This document shows positions 20,755-29,975 of a DNA stretch of 64,000 nt, in pieces (positions within the stretch are counted from its first letter, which is position 1; each line of letters begins with the position of its first letter). Origin of the DNA: Candidatus Bathyarchaeota archaeon (lineage in GTDB: Archaea; Thermoproteota; Bathyarchaeia; Bathyarchaeales; Bathycorpusculaceae); the NCBI GenBank assembly GCA_963815095.1, contig CAWFFH010000001.1, positions 64,001-128,000 of the forward strand, given 5' to 3'. The position numbers and the translations under genes are program-made. The notes under the pieces were generated by a model. The model saw only the letters and a program-made list of their open reading frames with translations, was not told the origin of the DNA and searched no databases.

Positions 20755-21480
20755 GTGAAGATTACCTTGAAGGTTTATCGTTTCAACCCTGAAATCGACA
20801 AGGAATTTCATTATGATACTTTCAAGGTAGATGCAGAACCTAATGAACGAATTCTCGACTGCCTAAACAAAATCCGCTGGCAACAAGACACCACGCTCTC
20901 TTTTCGAATGTCCTGCGCCCATGGAATCTGCGGTTCCGACGGCTTAACAATCAACAGCCAAACCGCCTTGGCCTGCCAAAAACTTGTCAAAGACTACGAT
21001 TATACCAAGGAAATTCTCATTGAACCCCTAAAATATTTTAGCGTTTTAAAGGATTTGATTGTTGATTTAGCACCGTTTTTTGAAAGAATCAAATCGATTA
21101 ACCCACAAACTCCTCAAACCATAACGATTGCTGACTTGGAAAAGGAAAGAATCCAAAGCCCACAAGAACGCAATCGATTCGACGACGCCCTAAAATGTAT
21201 CCTCTGCGGTTGCTGCTACGGCGCTTGCCCAGTCATGACAGAGCAAGACCTTGAATTCCTCGGACCAGCCGCCATTCTAAGAGAGGAGCGATACATTTTC
21301 GACTCCAGAACCTCCAACAATCCAGAACGTTTAGAAATTCTAAAAAAGCCTCATAGCATTTGGGGCTGCAAAAGCTACTACATGTGCACAGTGGTTTGTC
21401 CAAAAAAAATTAAGGTCACTGAGGCAATCTTAAAAACTAAAAAGAAGATTATAGAAGAACAACAACCCAAGAATGAATAG
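20755..21480 (+). CDS. sdhB: Succinate dehydrogenase/fumarate reductase iron-sulfur subunit
   Basis: SCAHGICGSDG..C (2Fe-2S), CILCGCCYGACP (4Fe-4S), CKSYYMCTVVCP (3Fe-4S type). Confidence 0.95.
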   Translation: MKITLKVYRFNPEIDKEFHYDTFKVDAEPNERILDCLNKIRWQQDTTLSFRMSCAHGICGSDGLTINSQTALACQKLVKDYDYTKEILIEPLKYFSVLKDLIVDLAPFFERIKSINPQTPQTITIADLEKERIQSPQERNRFDDALKCILCGCCYGACPVMTEQDLEFLGPAAILREERYIFDSRTSNNPERLEILKKPHSIWGCKSYYMCTVVCPKKIKVTEAILKTKKKIIEEQQPKNE

Positions 21481-21492
21481 GCAGGAAAAGCT

Positions 21493-22878
21493 ATGGAAAC
21501 CAGAAAAGAAATTGACCCATTAGGCGAACGTGCAATCCCCAAAAACGTGTACTTTGGAATTCAAACATTGAGGGCAACCGAGAATTTTCCAGTCAGCGGA
21601 ATTAAAGCTTCCTTGCCATTCATCAAGGCTTATGTTCTTATCAAAAAAGCAGCCGCATTAGCCAATTTTCAAGTCGGCTGCCTTGAAGAAAAAAAAGCCA
21701 AGACAATAATGCAAGCCTGTGACGAAATCCTCGACGGCAAACTGCTTGACCAATTCGTCGTGGACGTTTTCCAGGCAGGCGCAGGAACATCATTTAACAT
21801 GAATGTTAACGAAGTTTTAGCTAACCGGGCACTTGAACTTCTGGGAAATCAAAAAGGCGAATACAAACTTGTTGGCCCCAACGACCATGTAAATATGGGG
21901 CAATCAACCAACGACACATTCCCAACAGCTTTGCATGTTTCAGTTTTGATGGCACTTCACCCCCTGCTTGTTGCGCTTGATGAACTCTCAGCAGCTTTTG
22001 AGGAATTAGGAAAGACGAACGGTCATGTTCTCAAGTCAGGCAGAACGCATTTACAGGATGCAGTTCCAGTGACGATGGGGCAGGAATTTAGCGCTTATGG
22101 TTCAGCAATTGCTAACGCGGCTGCTGAGTTGCGGAAAAGGCAGGAGAATCTCTATGCGGTTGCTTTAGGCGGCACCGCTACAGGTACAGGCGCCAATACA
22201 CACCCAAACTACAAACGCATAGCCATTGCGGAGTTAGCTAAACTGACTGGTTTCCCACTTAAACCTGCTAAAGACAATTTTGAAGCCTTACAGAGCCACC
22301 GTGCTGCTCAGTCGGTTTCCAGTGGACTCAAAGAGTTGGCGCTGGAGCTTATCCGCATAGCGAACGATTTGCGTCTTCTATCTTCCGGTCCCACAACGGG
22401 GCTCAACGAGATTACCTTGCCTGCTGTGCAACCTGGCTCATCCATAATGCCTGGAAAAGTGAATCCTGTTATGGCGGAGTGCCTTGACATGGTGGCTTTC
22501 CAAGTGGTCGGCAACGATTTAGCAACATCCATGGCAGTGCAGGCAGGGCAACTGGAACTCAACGTCATGATGCCAGCCATAGCCTACAATATGCTCTTCA
22601 GCATCCAAATTCTCAGCAACTATCTACCAGTCTTCACCAAAAAATGCGTCCAAGGCATAACCGTTGACCAGAAACGCTGCGAACAATACCTAGAAAAAAA
22701 CCCCTCACTTGCAACATTACTTGCGCCCAAAATCGGCTATTTGGAAGCTGCCAAAATCGCCAAGCAAGCCCAAGTGGAAAACCGTACCGTAAAAGAGGTT
22801 GCCAAGGAAAAAGGCTTGTTAAAACCTGCAGAACTGGAAAAGATTTTCAGCCGCAAGAACCTGCTAAATGAGCAATAA
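21493..22878 (+). CDS. aspA: Aspartate ammonia-lyase (fumarase/aspartase superfamily)
   Basis: GSSIMPGKVNPVMAE, QSTNDTFPTA and GIQTLRATENF resemble aspartase more than FumC (which has ...KVNPTQ, SSND). Confidence 0.75.
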   Translation: METRKEIDPLGERAIPKNVYFGIQTLRATENFPVSGIKASLPFIKAYVLIKKAAALANFQVGCLEEKKAKTIMQACDEILDGKLLDQFVVDVFQAGAGTSFNMNVNEVLANRALELLGNQKGEYKLVGPNDHVNMGQSTNDTFPTALHVSVLMALHPLLVALDELSAAFEELGKTNGHVLKSGRTHLQDAVPVTMGQEFSAYGSAIANAAAELRKRQENLYAVALGGTATGTGANTHPNYKRIAIAELAKLTGFPLKPAKDNFEALQSHRAAQSVSSGLKELALELIRIANDLRLLSSGPTTGLNEITLPAVQPGSSIMPGKVNPVMAECLDMVAFQVVGNDLATSMAVQAGQLELNVMMPAIAYNMLFSIQILSNYLPVFTKKCVQGITVDQKRCEQYLEKNPSLATLLAPKIGYLEAAKIAKQAQVENRTVKEVAKEKGLLKPAELEKIFSRKNLLNEQ

Positions 22879-22910
22879 GCAATGCATACCGTTTGGTGTG
22901 TGTTAAAAAA

Positions 22911-23033
22911 AGGGAGCTATGCTCGGCGTAAACGTGTCCGGTACCCTTTAAGGCTCGAGCGACTTTAGGATTCAAAAAGGGTCCGGGCTGACATCGGCTT
23001 GATGTCGGTTAACGGTTAAACGCTTAGCTCTCT
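22911..23033. ncRNA. Candidate structured ncRNA (~120 nt, closed terminal helix)
   Basis: GC-rich island with a 9-bp terminal helix AGGGAGCTA/TAGCTCTCT and internal stems TCCGG-T-ACCCTTT/AAAGGGTCCGGG and CTGACATCG/TGATGTCGG. Confidence 0.5.
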
Positions 23034-23244
23034 ACTAGAAGCTTTTGGGTTTTGTGGTTATATTTGTTTGTTGTTGTGGTGTGTAGCGAACATTTTGTAT
23101 AAGCTTTGTTGTGTGCTGTGACATTTGCATTAACCCTTCAATATATAAAAAAAACCAAGGCAAAGGGAGCGATGCAAATCTGAAGACAAAAATCTTTCTT
23201 AAAGTTTAAAGGCTTTTTTGCGCTATAATGTTGTGGGATTGCTT

Positions 23245-25628
23245 GTGAAAGTTTCTTTTTGGCTTTTGGATATTAACCCTAAAATTGATGGGGACGAGGG
23301 CACGCTTGAGTTGTGGCTTTGGGGAGTTGACTGTGCTGGCAATCGTGTGCTTATTATTGACCGCAATTTTGTTGCTTACTTTTATGCTGTTGTGGCTGAT
23401 GGGTCTGATGCATCGAAGGTTGCTGAGGCAATCATGAACGCTTATGGCAAATCAATTGTGACTGCGAAAGTTGCCCAGCGACGTTTCTTTGGCAAACTCG
23501 TGACGGCAATAAAGGTCTGTTGCAAGGTGGCAACAGAAACTGGAGTTCTTGCTAAGCAACTTCGAAGCGTCGAAGGTGTATCTGATTGCCTCGAAGACGA
23601 CATTCGCGCCTCTATGCGGTACCTAATCGACAACGAATTGGCACCCTGCGCATGGCATGAAGTAGAAGCCGTAGAAGAAGAGAACACAGAGGGCGTACGA
23701 GTCGCCAAGGTTTATGTTGCAACCTCTCCGCCCAAACAGCTAGACAACGTCTCGGTACCGCATTTGAGGGTTCTGGGTTTCTCCATGATTTGCTACAGCC
23801 GCGAAGGCTCCCCCAAACCCGACCGCAACCCCGTCCTGATAATCTCTACCTCAACTAGCAACGGCGAAAACAAACAGTTCATAGCAAACGACGACAAAAA
23901 CGATAAACCCGTCATCGAGGACTTCATAGCCTACGTTTGCCAGTTTGACCCCGACATCATATCAAGCTACGGAGCCAACACAGTCGATTGGACTTATCTG
24001 CGACGTAGAAGTCACAAGTTAAAAATGAAACTGAACTTTGACCGAGCCTACTTGGAACCGCACACCAGCGTTTACGGACACGTTTCAACCACAGGCACTG
24101 TGAACATTGATTTGGCGGACTTCATGGATGTGTTCCCCGAAGTTAAAGTGAAAAAGCTTTGGAATTTCGCGGACCATTTAGGCGTAATGAAAGACAAGCA
24201 GACAATCATTGAAGATGTGGAGTTTGCGGAATTTTGGGATGACAAACAGAAACGTGAAGAGTTGAAGCGTTTTGGGTTGGATAGTGCCTGCAAGGTTCAG
24301 GGCACCGTAGTGTTACTTTTGGATTTTGCCATGCAACTTGCTAACCTAACTAGTCTCCCACTGGATCATGTGATGACGGCGGCTGTGGGTTTCCGTGTGG
24401 AGTGGTTCCTAATCAAACAGGGACAGAAAATCGGCGAACTTATCCCTAGGCGTATCGAGCAGCCCTACCTACCTTATGCTGGGGGACTTGTTCTTTCGCC
24501 CAAACCAGGCTTGCATGAGAACATCGCCGTTTTAGACTTCAAATCGATGTACCCCAACATAATGATAAACTACAACCTCTCACCAGACACCTACATCTCC
24601 CCAGACAAACCTGAACCAGCAAGCGGCGTCTACACGGCACCCGAAGTCGGACACAAATTCCGTAAAGCACCGCCTGGATTCTACAAAGAGGCATTAACAT
24701 ATCTAATCAATGTAAGAGGCACCGTTCGACAAAAAATGAAAACCCTCAACCCCAAAACCGTCGAATATCAGGTTTTGGATGCTCGCCAAAAAGCCGTAAA
24801 AATCATAACAAACGCTGCTTACGGTTATGCTGGCTGGGTGGGCGCTCGATGGTACGTTAAGCCTGTTGCTGAAGCCGCCTCGGCTTGGGGGAGACACGCG
24901 ATTTTGTCGGCATCTCAGATGGCTGAAAAAGCCGGAATTCAGGTTGTTTACGGGGACACTGACAGCTTGTTCCTTAATTATGATGAAAGTAAAGTCAAAA
25001 AATTGGAAGAAGAAATCAAGAAGGAACTAAAATTGGATGTTGAAGTCGGCGAGGTTTACACCCGTATTTTCTTTACCGAAGCCAAAAAACGGTATGCAGG
25101 TTTACGGCAGGACGGCAGCCTTGACATCGTTGGTTTGGAAGTTATTCGAGGAGATTGGGCTGAGGTTGCCAAAAAAGTGCAGGAGCACGTTTTAGAAATA
25201 ATTCTGAAGGAACAGTCAGCCAAGAAAGCAAGCGATTATGCGCGTTTGGTGATTGCTGACTTAAAACATAGAAAAATTTCCCCTGCATGACCTCATCATT
25301 TGGAAAACCCTTACAAAACCTCCTGAAGACTACGCCATTAAAGCGCCCCATGTAGAAGCAGCCAAAATGCTCAAAGAGAAAGGCTGGCGACTAACGAGCG
25401 GCGACAAAGTCGGCTATGTAATTCTTGAAGGAAAAGGGCGGCTTTACAATCGCGTTAAACCATACGTTTTCGCCAAAACCGAAGAAATAGACGTTGAATA
25501 CTACATAACTAATCAAGTTTTGCCAGCAGCACACAAGGATACTAGCCTTCTTTGACGTAACTGAAGAAGAACTGCTAAAAGAAAGTAAAGAAACAAATGA
25601 GATTAGAAGCCTAATGGATTATGTTTAG
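23245..25628 (+). CDS. polB: Family B DNA polymerase (PolB3-like); frameshifts near 25280 and 25530
   Basis: DFKSMYPNI, KIITNAAYGY, YGDTDS and KKRYAG motifs. The C-terminus continues through the 25367..25555 frame to ...RILAFFDV...RSLMDYV* (PIP-box-like). Confidence 0.92.
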
Positions 25629-26810
25629 GCTGGTGGGATAGCATTTTGGAACGTTATCAAATCAACGTTTAATGCTGGTTTAACGGCTTCGGAGATGCGT
25701 GAGGCAACAATGCGTTTGATGTTTTTGTCTGCTGAGATGTCAACGATTCTTTGAGTGATGATGCCGTCGAAAACTATTGTGTCAACGCCAGTTACCTGTG
25801 AAAGTTTTTCGGCTAAGTTGACTTACTGGTAGGCGTTCGATTAATTCGAGTTTCTCGTTGAGCAGAACTGCTTCCAGTGTCCCAACTAATGCTTTTGCTG
25901 CTTGGCTTATGGTTTCTGGAACTTCAATTTTGAGGCGTTCAGGAACAACAACTTTTTTGGGTGCTGGAGCTGGTTTAGGAACACTAGCGCCTGCAGCTTC
26001 TGCAATAGGCAACTTGTTGTCTATAGCTTCAGCTATTTCTTTGCAGTTGCATTCCTCGATTTCTTTGCCTCTTGGAGCGCGACCAACAAACTTTACGTTT
26101 GTTACCTGCATTAGTTCTTTCAAGATTAAATCGCCGCCTCTATCGCCGTCAAGCAGCGCAGTGGCGGGTCTTTCTTTTGTTATCTTCTTTATCGAGTCAG
26201 GGACTTTTGCGCCTTCGAGGGCAACGGTGTTAAAGATTCCGCATCGCATCAAGTTAATTACGTCCGCGCGGCCTTCGACAACGATGATTTCTTTAGCGCC
26301 GTCTAATCCTGGTCCAGCTGGTAGGTCTTCTGGTCCGTACTTTTCTACTTTGCCAACTTTCATGGTGTCAGAGATTTCTTTGTAAACTTCGTCGACGCTT
26401 GGCATAGATTCGATATTCCATTTGTGAAGGATTTCTTTGGCGCGGTCAATGATTATTTTTCGGCGTGCTTCACGGATGTCTTCGATTTTGTCAAGGGTTA
26501 CTTTGGCTGAGCAGGGTCCGACGCGGTTTATGCTCTCAACGCTTGCTGCGATGAGGGCTGTAGAAACGCGGTCTAAGCTGGTCGGTATGGTTATTGAACC
26601 TGTGGTTCGGTCGTTTTTAGAATGTAAATCGATTTCGATTCTGCCGATACGTCCAGTTTTTTGGAGTTCTCGCAAGTCAAGTTCTGGACCGAAAAGTCCT
26701 TCTGTTTGACCAAAAACTGCTCCAATAACGTCGGGTTTTTCAACTACACCTTCAATTTCAAATCTAGCGTGTACAACGTACTTTATCGTAAATGTTTGGG
26801 ATGTTCCCGT
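25625..26810 (-). CDS. dnaG: Archaeal DnaG-type primase / exosome-associated protein; frameshift near 25810
   Basis: The frame extends 45 codons upstream of 26675 with KYVVHARFEIEGVVEKPDVIGAVFGQTEGL; TOPRIM motifs VVEGRADV and DGDRGG; the tail continues in another frame as ...VFDGIITQRIVD...*. Confidence 0.93.
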
Positions 26811-27324
26811 AAGTATGCAACTCCAATTGTAAGTTATATTTTATTTGATTAAGTTAATCGCACTATGCGAGTTGTTCTCGCAATGATGAGATTTTAATTT
26901 GTTACTAATTTAGAATTTATTGGTGTGCCTTCATATAATACTTGTGGTTTTCTGATTCATGAACCTGAGAATGCAAAATTTGGTTCCTTTTTGACCTTAA
27001 ATTTTCTTAACTGAGGCTTTGAAAAAATTGGATAGTAAATGGCTCGAAAATGTAGATTGACTTAGTAACCGTTTTTAACTTGATGCGGAAAAAAAATTTT
27101 TGGAAGAGAACGCGATCCAGCAGTATTTTGGTTAACATTGCGCCTCCAAACGTTCTATATGGGTTTTATACGCATGCCGAAAAAGTCTACAGTAAAATTG
27201 GAAGAATATGTGACTTCACAATGAAGCCCAAACTTCAAGATTGGGAACAAAATAAAATACCTTTTAAAGCGCTTCGAACCCTTCAACTTAAATAATAAAT
27301 CCAACAAAGAAGAAGGTGGTATCA

Positions 27325-28107
27325 ATGAGTTTACACTTAAACCCTGAATACGACAAACTGCTACCAAAAATGAGCGAAGAAGAATTTACTCAACTCAAAA
27401 CTTCAATTGAAACCGAAGGCCAACACTACCCCATAATCGTAAACGAAGACCTCGAGGTTTTAGATGGGCACCATCGTTTCCGTGCCTGCACCGAACTTGA
27501 ACTTGAACCAGATTTCGAGGTTCGCAAATTTGACGACAAACTCTTAGAGAAAAAATTCGTCATAGAAGCCAATCTAAGACGCCGCCACTTAAACAACTTT
27601 CAACTTGTCGAGTTAGCTGTGCCGCTACTTGAGATTGAGAAAGCGCTTGCTAAGAAACGACAATCGAAAGGAGGAAAAAACGGGCGAGACATGCAGTTAG
27701 GGTTAGCGTCAGACGACGCTGAGATTGAGCCTAAAGCGAAAGCAACTGATGTAGTAGCCAAAAAAGTAGGAGTTTCAACCCGAACGTTTGAACGCGGCAA
27801 AAAAATAATGGAGAAAGCCAGTGAGGATGATAAACAGAAGCTTCGGGATGGAAAAACCAGTATTTCCAAAGTTTACCAAGAAATCGTGACAAGCGAAAAC
27901 CCTCAACCTAAACCTGAAGATATGCATGGTGTCCTTGGGGGGAAGGAATCGCCTCGCGAAGTCCAAAATAGAGCGGAGTTGCTTGCACTTTTGGAGCGTT
28001 TGGTAAATCAAGAAATATTCTGTCCATCCTGTGGTAACGCGATGTTTGAATGCAGCAAATGTCACAAGGATCTGCATGAATTATCAAAACATAAAAAATC
28101 TGGCTAA
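27325..28107 (+). CDS. ParB/Srx-domain protein with HTH and C-terminal Zn ribbon
   Basis: LKTSIETEGQHYPIIV, LDGHHRFRA (ParB box II), EANLRRRHL, HTH VAKKVGVSTRTFER, CPSC..CSKC. Confidence 0.82.
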   Translation: MSLHLNPEYDKLLPKMSEEEFTQLKTSIETEGQHYPIIVNEDLEVLDGHHRFRACTELELEPDFEVRKFDDKLLEKKFVIEANLRRRHLNNFQLVELAVPLLEIEKALAKKRQSKGGKNGRDMQLGLASDDAEIEPKAKATDVVAKKVGVSTRTFERGKKIMEKASEDDKQKLRDGKTSISKVYQEIVTSENPQPKPEDMHGVLGGKESPREVQNRAELLALLERLVNQEIFCPSCGNAMFECSKCHKDLHELSKHKKSG

Positions 28108-28196
28108 ATAAGTGGGGAAACTTTAAGGCCTCCAAGTAAACTTTTTATACGCCACGTGACCCTTTGCTGAAAAAAAGAGTAATCTGATGTTGATTT

Positions 28197-29900
28197 ATGG
28201 TACAGTATAAATGGGTTGCATTATCGAACACAACTATTGGCATGTTGATGGCTTCAATCGACATGACGATTGTTTTAATTGCGATGCCTTCAATTTTTAG
28301 AGGTATAAACATTGATCCCTTCACTTCTTTTCAGTATTTACTCTGGATCATGTTTGGTTACAGCATCGTAACCGCAACCTTGTTGGTCACTTTCGGTAGG
28401 TTATCGGACATGTACGGACGAGTTCGACTGTACAATTTAGGCTTTGCAATATTTACTGTCGGCTCAATCTTGCTGTTTCTAACCCCTAACACAGGCGACG
28501 CTGGAGCCATAGAACTAATAGCTTTCCGAATCGTCCAAGGAGTCGGCGCAGCGTTTCTCTTCTCTAACAGCGGAGCAATCATAACCGATGCGTTCCCAGC
28601 AAACGAACGCGGCAAAGCTTTAGGAATCAACCAATTAGCTTTCCTTGCAGGTTCACTAATCGGCCTAGTTTTAGGCGGAGTCTTAGCAGTTTATGATTGG
28701 CGTCTGGTCTTTTTGGTAAGCGTTCCAGTTGGAATCATAGGCACAATTTGGTCTTACTGGAAACTCAAAGAACAAAACATAGTAAGGAAAAAGCAAAAAA
28801 TGGATTATTGGGGCAACATAAGCTTTGGCGGAGGCTTAACGCTGATTTTGATAGGCATAACCTACGGATTAACACCTTACGGTTCATCTCCAATGGGTTG
28901 GACTAACCCTTGGGTAATAGCTTCACTCTTTTCGGGGGTCGCCCTGCTATTTGCGTTTCCATTTATCGAAAAACGTGTAGCTCAGCCATTATTCAACTTG
29001 GACCTCTTCAAAAACAGAGAGTTCGCAACTGCAAATATTGCCACTTTCCTTAGCTCCATCTCCAGAGGCGGAGTAATGGTTATGCTTGTGGTGCTCTTAC
29101 AAGGCATATGGTTGCCACTTCATGGTTACAGCTATGACTCAACACCTTTTTGGGCAGGCATCTTCATGCTTCCAATGTCCATAGGCATAGCACTAACTGG
29201 CCCGTTAAGTGGCTGGTTATCTGATAAACATGGTTCAAGAGTGCTCGCGACTACAGGCATGATAATCACTGGTGTAGGGTTTTTAGTTTTCACTCTTTTG
29301 CCTTCAAACTTTGAATATTTACCCTTTGCGTTAATACTCTTAGTCCTTGGCATTGGCAACGGCATTTTCATGTCCCCAAACATGGCGTCAGTTATGAATT
29401 CTTGTCCACCAGAACATCGAGGTGCGGCTTCCGGTATGCGTTCAACTTTGCAGAATTGTGGACAAACTATCAGTCAAGCAATCTTCTTCGCCATAATCAT
29501 TATCTCATTAAACACTACATTGCCTGCAGCCTTAACAACGGCCGTAACCAACACAGGCGCCTCACCACAAGTTGCATCAGCCTTTAGTCATACACCCGCC
29601 GCAGGAGCGTTATTCGGCGCCTTTCTAGGCTACAACCCCATAGGAACAATGCTAAAAGGCATGGGCCCAATAGCCGCAGGGCTACCTCAAAGCACCTTAA
29701 ATACTCTGACAAGTCAAACATTCTTCCCTAACGCAATTTCCAGGCCATTCATGACCGCACTAACAACAGCCTTCATATTTGCTGCAGTCTTGTGTTTATT
29801 AGCCGCAGGGTTTTCAGTCTTGAGAGGCAAAAAAACAGCTTGCGTAGAGACAAGTCACGTTGAAGCTAAAGCAGAAATTGAGCCTCCTATGGAAGCGTAG
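28197..29900 (+). CDS. MFS transporter (DHA2/14-TM drug:H+ antiporter-like)
   Basis: GRLSDMYGR motif A, ERGKALG, many TM helices. Confidence 0.92.
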   Translation: MVQYKWVALSNTTIGMLMASIDMTIVLIAMPSIFRGINIDPFTSFQYLLWIMFGYSIVTATLLVTFGRLSDMYGRVRLYNLGFAIFTVGSILLFLTPNTGDAGAIELIAFRIVQGVGAAFLFSNSGAIITDAFPANERGKALGINQLAFLAGSLIGLVLGGVLAVYDWRLVFLVSVPVGIIGTIWSYWKLKEQNIVRKKQKMDYWGNISFGGGLTLILIGITYGLTPYGSSPMGWTNPWVIASLFSGVALLFAFPFIEKRVAQPLFNLDLFKNREFATANIATFLSSISRGGVMVMLVVLLQGIWLPLHGYSYDSTPFWAGIFMLPMSIGIALTGPLSGWLSDKHGSRVLATTGMIITGVGFLVFTLLPSNFEYLPFALILLVLGIGNGIFMSPNMASVMNSCPPEHRGAASGMRSTLQNCGQTISQAIFFAIIIISLNTTLPAALTTAVTNTGASPQVASAFSHTPAAGALFGAFLGYNPIGTMLKGMGPIAAGLPQSTLNTLTSQTFFPNAISRPFMTALTTAFIFAAVLCLLAAGFSVLRGKKTACVETSHVEAKAEIEPPMEA

Positions 29901-29975
29901 TCAGGCAATCAACTTTTTCTTATAAGAAATTTTTTACAATTATGACCACCTTTTTTAGCTGAAAGCAGACATAAC

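Noticed and set aside
22911-23033. 5S rRNA assignment for the structured element
   Set aside because: Size fits, but the loop-C-like stretch is misplaced, and the AAGUUAAG and loop E signatures are missing.
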